43,359 bases of DNA from a virus. Position numbers and translations under genes: made by a program. The notes below the pieces were generated by a model. It was not told the DNA's origin, did no database searches, and worked only from the letters and a program-made list of their open reading frames with translations. How positions within the stretch are numbered: position 1 is the stretch's first letter; every line of letters begins with the position of its first letter. The stretch is taken from positions 1-43,359 of IMG/VR virus record IMGVR_UViG_3300045988_045189. The stretch is one strand, 5' to 3'. Below, piece after piece: positions 16,291 to 24,513 of the stretch.

Positions 16291-16337
16291 TTCGCCCACC
16301 TGACGGGCAGATTACGGTTTCGCCCACCTACGGGCAG
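16291..16337 (+). repeat. Two direct copies of TTCGCCCACCT(G)ACGGGCAG upstream of the scaffold gene
   Basis: Copies at 16291-16310 and 16319-16337. The second runs into the AGGAGG ribosome-binding site. Confidence 0.8.
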
Positions 16338-16346
16338 GAGGATATC

Positions 16347-17210
16347 ATGAAAAATATGTACCGTTGGCTCGGTCTCCAGCTGTTCGCAGAGGGAGACGGC
16401 GGCACAGCAGCGGGCACCACGGGCGCGGCGGCTGGCACGACTGGCCAGCAGGCTGAACAGAACGCACCCGACGCCGGGGCGCAGCAGCAGGCAGAGCCTG
16501 CAAGAGATCTTGGCAAGGAATTTGACGCGCTCATCAAGGGCGAGTTCAAGGACGTATATGCCAAGCGGGTACAGGATACGGTGACGCGGCGCCTGAAAGG
16601 CCCCAGTGCTGACGCGGAGAAGTTCCGCGCCATGCAGCCGGTGATGCAGATGCTGTCCCAGCGCTATGGCGTGGATGCCGCCGATATCAAGGCGCTGTCT
16701 GCTGCCATCGAGGAGGACAACGCCTTCTATCAGGAGGAGGCGGATCGTCTGGGCATCAGCGTGGATCAGGTGAAAGCCATCCGCAAGACGGAGCGGGAGA
16801 ACCAGCAGCTGAAGGAGCAGCTGGCCGAACGGGAGAACCGCCAGCGGATGGAGCAGAACATCGCCAAATGGTCGCAGGAGGCACAGGCCATCGCGCAGAA
16901 GTATCCGGGACTGGATCTGGAGAAGGAGCTGGGGAACCCGCAGTTCTTCAATGCGCTGATGAACGGGGCCAGCGTGGAGGGCGCTTATTGGGGCCTGTAC
17001 CACGACCAGCTGATTCCGCAGGCCATGCAGTACACCGCTCAGGAGACGGAGCGGAAGCTGGCTGCCAAGATCCAGGCACAGGGCCAGCGCCCCACGGAAA
17101 ACGGTGCGGGCGCCGGTGTGACCATGAAGAGCGATGTGTCGAAGCTCTCCGACAAGGATATGGATGATCTCATCCAACGTGCAAGGAGGGGCGAGAAGAT
17201 CTGCTTCTGA
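16347..17210 (+). CDS. Scaffolding protein with Prp-type N-terminal leader (LGLQLF|AEGD)
   Basis: Position before the major capsid protein. Gln/Glu-rich coiled-coil composition. L27-like LQLFA motif at residues 10-14. Confidence 0.8.
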   Translation: MKNMYRWLGLQLFAEGDGGTAAGTTGAAAGTTGQQAEQNAPDAGAQQQAEPARDLGKEFDALIKGEFKDVYAKRVQDTVTRRLKGPSADAEKFRAMQPVMQMLSQRYGVDAADIKALSAAIEEDNAFYQEEADRLGISVDQVKAIRKTERENQQLKEQLAERENRQRMEQNIAKWSQEAQAIAQKYPGLDLEKELGNPQFFNALMNGASVEGAYWGLYHDQLIPQAMQYTAQETERKLAAKIQAQGQRPTENGAGAGVTMKSDVSKLSDKDMDDLIQRARRGEKICF

Positions 17211-17230
17211 CCTCTCCGGAAGGGAGAATT

Positions 17231-18301
17231 ATGAAAACCGTTAAAAACTTTTTTATGATGGCGCTGGACATGCAGCTGTTTGCTGATGTGACCAACACCA
17301 CCGGCTCCAACTCCTCCGGCAACAACCTGTCGGCGGAAATGAAAACCTTCTATGACAAGGTGCTGCTGCGTGAGGCAGGCCCCAATCTGGTGCATAGCCA
17401 GTTCGGCCAGAAGCGCGTCATCCCCAAGGGCAGCGGTAAGACCATTGAGTTCCGCAAGTTCAACCAGCTGCCCAAGGCGCTGACCGCCCTGACGGAAGGT
17501 GTGACCCCCAACGGCGGCGCGCTGGACGTGACCAGCCTGACCGCCACCGTGGCGCAGTACGGCTACTTCGTGCGTGTGTCCGACGTGCTGGATCTGACCG
17601 CCATTGACAATGTGATCGTGGAGGCCACCCAGCTGCTGGGCGCACAGGCGGGCGTGACCATGGATACCGTGGTGCGCAATCAGCTGTCTGCCGGCAACAA
17701 CGTGCTGTTCTGCCCCACCGTGGCCAGCGGCACCGAGACCGCCGTGACGCAGCGCAAGAACATGAACACCACCAGCCAGCTGACCGTGAAGATGATCCAG
17801 AAGGCCGTTGCCACCCTGAAGAAGAACAACGTGCCGACCTTCAACGGCGACTATGTGGCGATCATCCACCCCTATGTGGCCTACGACCTGCAGCGTGACC
17901 CTGAGTGGATCGACGCCCACAAGTATGCCCAGCCGGAGAACCTGTTTACCGGCGAGATCGGCAAGGTGGCCGGTGTGCGCTTCGTGGAATCCACCGAGGC
18001 CAAGGTATGGAAGGACAGCGACTGTCCCCAGAAGTCCGCGGGCAGCGGCAGTGATCCCGCCACCTACTACGGCGTGTTCTCCACGCTGGTGCTGGGCAAG
18101 AATGCCTACGGTGTGACCGAGGTGACGGGCGGCGGCCTCCAGACCATCGTCAAACCTCTCGGCGCCGGTGAAGATCCCCTGAACCAGCGCTCCACCGTGG
18201 GCTGGAAGGGTATCCGCACCGCCAAGATCCTGCTGGAGCAGAACATGGTGCGTATCGAATCCGTTTCCGCTGAGTGGAGCGGCACCGTGGACGCCAACTG
18301 A
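17231..18301 (+). CDS. Major capsid protein (HK97-fold type) with Prp-type leader (DMQLF|ADV)
   Basis: 356 aa, following the scaffold gene. TIEFRKFNQLPKALTALTEGVTPNG is capsid-family-like. MQLFAD lies at 17270..17287. Confidence 0.88.
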   Translation: MKTVKNFFMMALDMQLFADVTNTTGSNSSGNNLSAEMKTFYDKVLLREAGPNLVHSQFGQKRVIPKGSGKTIEFRKFNQLPKALTALTEGVTPNGGALDVTSLTATVAQYGYFVRVSDVLDLTAIDNVIVEATQLLGAQAGVTMDTVVRNQLSAGNNVLFCPTVASGTETAVTQRKNMNTTSQLTVKMIQKAVATLKKNNVPTFNGDYVAIIHPYVAYDLQRDPEWIDAHKYAQPENLFTGEIGKVAGVRFVESTEAKVWKDSDCPQKSAGSGSDPATYYGVFSTLVLGKNAYGVTEVTGGGLQTIVKPLGAGEDPLNQRSTVGWKGIRTAKILLEQNMVRIESVSAEWSGTVDAN

Positions 18302-18309
18302 CATACTGC

Positions 18310-18336
18310 GCGGCGGGGGAGCGTATCCCCCGCCGC
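18310..18336 (+). terminator. 11-bp GC hairpin after the capsid gene (GCGGCGGGGGA/TCCCCCGCCGC), no T-run
   Basis: Read directly. Probably a partial terminator or RNA-stability element. Confidence 0.45.
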
Positions 18337-18354
18337 AGAAGAAAGGAAAACGAC

Positions 18355-18675
18355 ATGGATAATGAAAACCTGAACATCGCCCAGACTGTACAGACCGCAC
18401 AGGACATCCCTCAGACCACGCCGGAGCCTCCCAAGAAGGCGGAAAAGCCCAAGAAGGAGAAGATGGTGAAGGTGCTGCTGCCGCTGCTGGAAAACGGCGA
18501 CACGGAGCAGTATGTGGCCGTGAACGGCAGAAGCTTCCTGATCCGCAGAGGTGAGGAAGTGGAAGTGCCGGAGTGCGTGGCAGAGGTGCTGCGCCTGAGC
18601 GAAAAGCAGAAGCGGGAGGCGTACCGCTATCAGCAGGAGGCCATCCGCCGGAGTATGCAGGGCGGCGATATGTGA
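18355..18675 (+). CDS. Hypothetical head-associated protein (106 aa)
   Basis: ATG follows GAAAGGAAAA. Lys/Pro-rich N-terminus. Confidence 0.7.
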   Translation: MDNENLNIAQTVQTAQDIPQTTPEPPKKAEKPKKEKMVKVLLPLLENGDTEQYVAVNGRSFLIRRGEEVEVPECVAEVLRLSEKQKREAYRYQQEAIRRSMQGGDM

Positions 18676-18681
18676 GAAAAC

Positions 18682-18708
18682 AAGGGGGCCGGTGTGCCCC
18701 CTTTCTTC
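18682..18708 (+). terminator. Rho-independent terminator-like hairpin (AAGGGGGC/GCCCCCTT + TCTT)
   Basis: 8-bp stem, 6-nt loop, T-rich tail. Confidence 0.55.
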
Positions 18709-18725
18709 AAAAGGAGGGATGGGGC

Positions 18726-19091
18726 ATGACCATCATGCAGGCGCTGGAGGCGCTGGACAGAGAAAAGCCCAATGTGTTCACCCAGGAGGATAAGATCGGC
18801 TGGCTGAACGAGCTGGAGGCTATGGTGACAAGGGAGATCGTGCGGTGTTACCGGGGCGGCGAGACGGCGGAAATCCCTGTGCTGGGGGACGACGTGGAAG
18901 CCCAGCTGACGGCGCCGACACCCTATGACAGGATGTACCCCCTGTATCTGGCGGCCCAGGTGGATCGGCTGAACGGGGAGTTGGGCAAGTACAACAACTC
19001 CATCACGCTATTTATGACGGCGTATGGGGAGTATCGCAACTGGTACAACCGCACCCACGAGAGCGTGGGTGCAAGCGTGAAATACTGGTAA
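18726..19091 (+). CDS. Hypothetical virion protein (121 aa), possible head-tail connector component
   Basis: AAAGGAGGGATGGGG ribosome-binding site. Function assigned by position only. Confidence 0.65.
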   Translation: MTIMQALEALDREKPNVFTQEDKIGWLNELEAMVTREIVRCYRGGETAEIPVLGDDVEAQLTAPTPYDRMYPLYLAAQVDRLNGELGKYNNSITLFMTAYGEYRNWYNRTHESVGASVKYW

Positions 19092-19103
19092 GGAGGGGCG
19101 GCA

Positions 19104-20864
19104 ATGCAGTTTCCCACACTGACAGAACAGGGGCAGAGCCGGGAGATGATCTCGACCTTTGCAGGCTATGACCACAATAGGAGCATTGCGGCCAATGCTT
19201 TTTATGACATGAAGAATATGTCCTCGGACGGCTATCCGCTGCTGCAGAGCCGCGCAAGGCGCGGCGTGGTGCGGCAGATGGAGACGCCCCAGGGGATTTT
19301 GGCCAAGGACGCTATGGCGTGGGCGGACGGCGGGAAGCTCTACTACAACGGGGCGGAGATCGTGGGCCTGACGCTGACGGAGGGTGAAAAGCAGCTGGTG
19401 AGCATGGGCGCGTACCTGCTGATCTGGCCGGATAAGAAGTATCTGAACACAAAAGACCTGACGGACTTCGGCGGTCTGGAAGCAAGCTACGCGAGCAGCG
19501 GCACGGTGACGTATCTTCTGTGCGGCGCGGACGGCAGCCCCCTGAGCAAGGTGTCCGCCACCAAGCCGGAGGAGCCCAAGGGCGGCGAATACTGGATCGA
19601 CACCACGCAGACGCCCCACAGCCTGATGATGTGGAGCGAGAGCAGCGAGATGTGGACCGGCGTGGCGACGGTGTACACCAAGATCCAGGCGGTGGGCATC
19701 GGCAAGCCCTTCCAGGAGGGGGACGGCGTGGAGATCAGCGGCGCGGCCTATGGCGGCGACAGCGACGTGGTGCAGGCCCAATTTGAGGAGCTGAACGGCA
19801 CGAAGATCATCTATGCCAAGGATGAGGACTACATCGTGGTGGTGGGCCTGATCGACCTGACCTATGAGCAGACGGAGGGCACCGTGACGGTAAAGCGGGC
19901 GGTGCCGGACATGGACTATGTGTGCGAGGCCCAGAACCGTATCTGGGGCTGCAAGTACGGCATGGTGGACGGCAAGGCCGTGAATGAGCTGTACTGCTGC
20001 AAGCTGGGCGACTTCCGCAACTGGCGGGTATACGCCGGTATCTCCACGGACGCCTGGGCCGCTTCTGTGGGTTCAGATGGGGCGTGGACGGGGTGCGCCA
20101 ACTACCTGGGCTATCCTACGTTCTTCAAGGAGAATGTGATCCACCGGGTGGCCATCAGCGCCGTGGGCGCCCACCAGGTGACGGAGACGGTGGGCCGGGG
20201 CGTACAGAGCGGCAGCTTCCGCAGCCTGTGCGTGGTGAACGAGGTGCTGTTCTACAAGTCCCGGACGGACGTGTGCGCCTATGACGGGAGCTTCCCCACC
20301 TCGATGGGGGCGGCACTGGGCGAGGAGCGGTATTCCGGGGCCGTGGGCGGCAGCTTCAACGGGAAGTACTACCTGTCCATGAAGGACAGCGGCGGGGCAT
20401 GGCACCTGTTCTGCTACGACGCGGGGAAGGGCATGTGGCACCGGGAGGACAACACCCACGCCATGTGCTTTGCCGCCATGAACGACGACCTCTACTACAT
20501 CGACGCGGACACGAAGAAGCTCATGTGTGTGCTGGGGACCCAGGGAACGCCGGAGACGGATCTGGAGTGGATGGCGGAGAGCGGCGTGATCGGGTATGAG
20601 TACCCGGACAAGAAGTATCTGAGCCGGTACAACATCCGGCTGCAGGTTGAGAACGGCGGAGAGCTGCGGCTCTACTGCCAGTATGATTCAGATGGCAGGT
20701 GGGAGCATGCCGGGACGGTGCGCCGGAGAGGGACGGGGACGTTTACGGTGCCGGTGATCCCCCGGCGGTGCGACCACATGAAGCTGCGGCTGGAGGGCAA
20801 GGGTGTTGTGCGGGTGTTCTCCATTGCCAAGATTCTGGAGCTGGGGAGTGATGTCGGATGGTAG
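19104..20864 (+). CDS. Large structural protein (586 aa), putative tail/adaptor protein with beta-propeller-like repeats
   Basis: Recurrent GKLYY / GKYYLS / DDLYYID motifs. Follows the head genes. Confidence 0.7.
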   Translation: MQFPTLTEQGQSREMISTFAGYDHNRSIAANAFYDMKNMSSDGYPLLQSRARRGVVRQMETPQGILAKDAMAWADGGKLYYNGAEIVGLTLTEGEKQLVSMGAYLLIWPDKKYLNTKDLTDFGGLEASYASSGTVTYLLCGADGSPLSKVSATKPEEPKGGEYWIDTTQTPHSLMMWSESSEMWTGVATVYTKIQAVGIGKPFQEGDGVEISGAAYGGDSDVVQAQFEELNGTKIIYAKDEDYIVVVGLIDLTYEQTEGTVTVKRAVPDMDYVCEAQNRIWGCKYGMVDGKAVNELYCCKLGDFRNWRVYAGISTDAWAASVGSDGAWTGCANYLGYPTFFKENVIHRVAISAVGAHQVTETVGRGVQSGSFRSLCVVNEVLFYKSRTDVCAYDGSFPTSMGAALGEERYSGAVGGSFNGKYYLSMKDSGGAWHLFCYDAGKGMWHREDNTHAMCFAAMNDDLYYIDADTKKLMCVLGTQGTPETDLEWMAESGVIGYEYPDKKYLSRYNIRLQVENGGELRLYCQYDSDGRWEHAGTVRRRGTGTFTVPVIPRRCDHMKLRLEGKGVVRVFSIAKILELGSDVGW

Positions 20865-21583
20865 TGATTCCCTCTCCACCCATGCTGCAGGGGGACAAGG
20901 CCCAGCAGCTACAGGACGTGCGGCGGTATCTCTACCGGCTGGTGGACACGCTGAACAGCAGCCTGAACAACCTGACGGCGGAGAGCTTTTCCCAGGAGAC
21001 GGCGGCGGCCCTGGGCGGGGCCACCCGCGAGGAGATGCAGCAGACCCAGGCGGATTTGAAATCCCTCATCATCAAGAACGCCAACGAAGTGCGCCAGACC
21101 ATCGAGAAGGTGGAGCAGACGCTGCGGAGCGAATATGTGGCCATTTCGGACTTCGGCACCTTCCAGGAGAACATGGAGAACACCATCACGGCCACAGCGG
21201 CGGGACTGGAGCAGGAGATCAGCACACGCAGCGAGATCGTGAACAACTTCATTGCTGCCACCAATGGCTACATCCGCCAGGGCGTGGTGGGCTATGAGGG
21301 GCTGACGCCCATTATCGGTATCGCCATCGGCCAGGACATTCAGGTGACCGGCGTGAAGGAGACGGTAGGCGGCAAGGAGTATGAGGAGATCGACCGGAGC
21401 CAGAATATGAGCATCTGGACGACGAAGAAGCTGTCCTTCTACGTGAACGGCGGCGAGGTGGCGTATTTTGCCAACGACGCGCTGTATGTGACAGGCATCC
21501 ACACGGGGACGGTGACGTTTCCCAACTGGGTGATAGACGACGGCAACGGGCTTTCGTTCCGTTGGACAGGAGGTAATTCATGA
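20858..21583 (+). CDS. Structural protein (241 aa), coiled-coil N-terminal half
   Basis: Overlaps both neighbouring genes; located in the tail module. Confidence 0.7.
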   Translation: MVVIPSPPMLQGDKAQQLQDVRRYLYRLVDTLNSSLNNLTAESFSQETAAALGGATREEMQQTQADLKSLIIKNANEVRQTIEKVEQTLRSEYVAISDFGTFQENMENTITATAAGLEQEISTRSEIVNNFIAATNGYIRQGVVGYEGLTPIIGIAIGQDIQVTGVKETVGGKEYEEIDRSQNMSIWTTKKLSFYVNGGEVAYFANDALYVTGIHTGTVTFPNWVIDDGNGLSFRWTGGNS

Positions 21584-23547
21584 GCAGCTACAGCTGGGGA
21601 AGCGGGCCGACACTTACGGTCAACATCTCCGATAACATCTACCGCGTAAGTTCGGGCAGCACGTCATATTCCGGTTATGTGACGGTGTCACTGGGCGGAT
21701 GTAGCGGCGGCAGTTACTTCGGCTATTATATCGACGTGACGGTAAACGGGACGAAGAAGCGGCTGAAGGAGAATTCGCCGGATCGCTGGAACAGCGGCGC
21801 GTACAGCGCCAGTTTCTATGTGGCCGGCAGTACCACCGCCAGCAGCGTCAGCATTTCCATTACCCTGAGCACCAACGCGCCCCGCGGCGGCAAGACGCTG
21901 ACGTATACCACCAGCATCGGTTCCTATTCCAGCGGTAGCAGCGGCGGAGGCGGCACCACAGGGCCTACGGCGGGAGCGTCTACCCCGACACTGAGCAAGA
22001 ACGGGGCGAAGCTGGGGGAGAAGGTGACCATCTACACCAACCGGGGCGACAGCCGCTATACCCACAAGGTGACGTACACGGTGGGCGGGGAGACCGGCAC
22101 CATCGCCACTGGGGTGGGGGCCAGCTGCGAGTGGACACCGCCCACCAGCCTGATCGACAAGGTGACCACCAGCGGCGCGGCCTGCACCATCACCTGCACC
22201 ACCTACTACGGCAGCACCAACAAGGGAACGGCCACGGCGCGGCTGACGCTGTATCCTCCGGATGGGGCGGCCCCCACGGTGACGGATGGGTGGATCAGCG
22301 CAGAGCGGGACAACAGCCTGATTCCCGGCATCAATGCCTGGGTGGTGGGATATTCCAAGGTGAAGATCACCTTTGACCCCAGCAAGGCCAGCGGGAACTT
22401 CAATGCCACCATTGTGGGCTTCTCGGTGCAGTACGACGGGGAGACAGTGGCGGCGGTGGACAACACCGCTACCACAAAGGCGCTGACCGGCACGGCGGCC
22501 ACGGTGCGGTGCATGGTGACGGACAGCCGGGGCAACACCACCACGGAGACGGTGGAGGTGGAGGCGCTGGCCTATGCGCCGCCCACCATCACGGAGGCCA
22601 GCGTTTACCGCTGCGACGACGCGCTGCTGGCGGCGGATGACGGCGTACATATCGCGGCCAGGGCCACGGCGGGCTGCACCGGGCTGAACGGGGAGAACAC
22701 CGTGACGCTGACGGCGGCCTATAAGGCGCTGGACGCGGCGGATTACGGCGCGGAGGTGGCGCTGCAAAGCGGCGTGACAGGCATGGTGACGGGGAGCGCC
22801 GACATCTCCACCATGCAGAGCTACACGGTGCGCCTGACGGCCACGGACAAGGTGGGCAACAGCGTCACGTATACCAGGGCGGTGCCCACCAAGTCGGTGA
22901 CATTCCACCTGAAAGCTGGCGGTAAAGGCGCGGCTTTCGGAAAGTATGCGGAGAACGACGACTATCTGGACTGCCAGTGGAAGGCGAAATTCGCCCAGTC
23001 CGTGGAGATCGCGGATGGGCTGACCGTAGGCGGGCAGGCGCTGGCGGACATCATCAAGAGTGTGGTGACGCCGCTGCTGCCCAGTGTGCTGACCATTGAC
23101 GCCATCTATCCGGTGGGCAGTATCTACATGTCCGTGACGGAGAACGCGGACCCGGAGGCGCTGTTTCCGGGGACGTACTGGGAGCGGATCGCGGGAAAAT
23201 TCCTGCTGGCCAGCAGCGAAGGTCTGTACGCAGTGGGAGCCACGGGTGGCGAAGCTTCCGTGATACTGACCGCCAGCCAGATGCCCAGCCACACCCACGG
23301 CGGCAGCATCGAGTCCGGCGGTGAACATAGCCACAGCTTTTCCGGCAACCAGAGCGGCGGCAACAGCCAGACGGCAGAGGGCAAGGGCGCGTCCGACAGC
23401 CACTACACCTTCTACACCAGCACAAACGGCAGCCACAGCCACAGCCTGAGCATCAGCGAGGCGGGCGGCGGAGGGAGCCACAACAACATGCCGCCGTATC
23501 TGGTGGTACACATGTGGAAACGTATCGCAGGGCCGGAGACAACATAA
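21580..23547 (+). CDS. Tail fibre/receptor-binding protein with C-terminal phage tail-collar domain
   Basis: AIYPVGSIYMS...PGTYWERIAGKFLLAS...MPSHTHGG...HSHS...NNMPPYLVVHMWKR is the collar-domain signature. Confidence 0.85.
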   Translation: MSSYSWGSGPTLTVNISDNIYRVSSGSTSYSGYVTVSLGGCSGGSYFGYYIDVTVNGTKKRLKENSPDRWNSGAYSASFYVAGSTTASSVSISITLSTNAPRGGKTLTYTTSIGSYSSGSSGGGGTTGPTAGASTPTLSKNGAKLGEKVTIYTNRGDSRYTHKVTYTVGGETGTIATGVGASCEWTPPTSLIDKVTTSGAACTITCTTYYGSTNKGTATARLTLYPPDGAAPTVTDGWISAERDNSLIPGINAWVVGYSKVKITFDPSKASGNFNATIVGFSVQYDGETVAAVDNTATTKALTGTAATVRCMVTDSRGNTTTETVEVEALAYAPPTITEASVYRCDDALLAADDGVHIAARATAGCTGLNGENTVTLTAAYKALDAADYGAEVALQSGVTGMVTGSADISTMQSYTVRLTATDKVGNSVTYTRAVPTKSVTFHLKAGGKGAAFGKYAENDDYLDCQWKAKFAQSVEIADGLTVGGQALADIIKSVVTPLLPSVLTIDAIYPVGSIYMSVTENADPEALFPGTYWERIAGKFLLASSEGLYAVGATGGEASVILTASQMPSHTHGGSIESGGEHSHSFSGNQSGGNSQTAEGKGASDSHYTFYTSTNGSHSHSLSISEAGGGGSHNNMPPYLVVHMWKRIAGPETT

Positions 23548-23562
23548 GGAGGAAACGACAGT

Positions 23563-24501
23563 ATGGCATTTTCTTATAAAGATTATCAGGAGAGCGACCG
23601 GGTCAAGAAACTGGCGGAACGGCTTGCACAGCTGGAAGCGCAGAAGCCGGGAGACTGGACAGGCGGACAGTATGGCCAGCAGATGCAGGATGCATTGGAC
23701 GCTATCAGGAACCGGAAGAAGTTCAGCTATGATTTGAACAGCGACGCGCTCTATCAACAGTACAAGGACAAGTATGTGCAGCAGGGCAAGCAGGCCATGC
23801 AGGACACCATGGGGCAGGCGGCGGCACTGACGGGCGGCTATGCCAGCACCTACGGGCAGGCGGTGGGCCAGCAGCAGTACGACGCCTATTTGCAGAATCT
23901 GAACGACGTGGTGCCGGAGCTTTACCAGTTGGCACTGAGCCGGTATCAGATGGAGGGCGACGACCTCAAGACCCAGTACAGCCTGCTGGCGGATCAGTAC
24001 CAGCAGGAATACGGCCAGTATCGGGACAAGGTGGGCGACTGGCAGACGGAGCGGAATTTCCTGTCGGGCCGGTATGATTCGGAACGGAATCTGGACTACG
24101 GCATGTGGGGCGACGCCAGAGACTTTGCCTATACCGATTACCGCAACGGCATTGCGGACGAGCAGTGGCGCAGACAGTATGAGGAATCCGTCCGGCAGTT
24201 CAACGAGCAGATGGCACTTTCCCGTGAGCAATTTGCATGGCAGCAGGCACAGGCACAGGCGGCTGCGGCGGCAAAGAGCAGCGGCGGAGGGAGTTCCAGC
24301 GGCGGCAAGAGCAGCGGGAAGGAGAATTCGGAAAAATATACCTCGTCCACGGCGATGCGGATCATTCACGACACGGAGACCGGCGTTGACCAGTCTTTAC
24401 AGGGGCGGATCAATGCGCTGGCGGCCATGTATGAGGCGGGCAATATCACCAAAAAGCAGTATACCGATTTGGTGTATGCGCTGAGAAACCCCGGCAAGTA
24501 A
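23563..24501 (+). CDS. Gln-rich virion protein (312 aa), possible internal/ejected protein
   Basis: AAGGAGGAAAC ribosome-binding site. Q/Y-rich helical composition and a Ser/Gly linker. Immediately precedes the giant ORF. Confidence 0.7.
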   Translation: MAFSYKDYQESDRVKKLAERLAQLEAQKPGDWTGGQYGQQMQDALDAIRNRKKFSYDLNSDALYQQYKDKYVQQGKQAMQDTMGQAAALTGGYASTYGQAVGQQQYDAYLQNLNDVVPELYQLALSRYQMEGDDLKTQYSLLADQYQQEYGQYRDKVGDWQTERNFLSGRYDSERNLDYGMWGDARDFAYTDYRNGIADEQWRRQYEESVRQFNEQMALSREQFAWQQAQAQAAAAAKSSGGGSSSGGKSSGKENSEKYTSSTAMRIIHDTETGVDQSLQGRINALAAMYEAGNITKKQYTDLVYALRNPGK

Positions 24502-24513
24502 GGAGGCGGTTTT

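Noticed and set aside
21580-23547. Diversity-generating retroelement targeting the fibre gene
   Set aside because: No reverse-transcriptase ORF occurs anywhere in the genome, and I could not find a template/variable repeat pair near any fibre C-terminus.
21688-24369. Very long antisense ORFs. Minus strand: 893 aa here, plus 24397..27042, 29389..31317, 31993..33918, 37050..38888, 12472..13929, 14001..15608, 15969..17177, 17039..18400, 9114..10310 and 33893..35209. Plus strand: 39673..40239, which runs antisense to int.
   Set aside because: They are shadow frames of strongly supported genes on the opposite strand, in GC-rich DNA. Their translations are Arg/Gly/Pro/His/Ala-rich and low-complexity. 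They lack ribosome-binding sites and recognisable motifs, whereas the opposite-strand partners carry clear family signatures.
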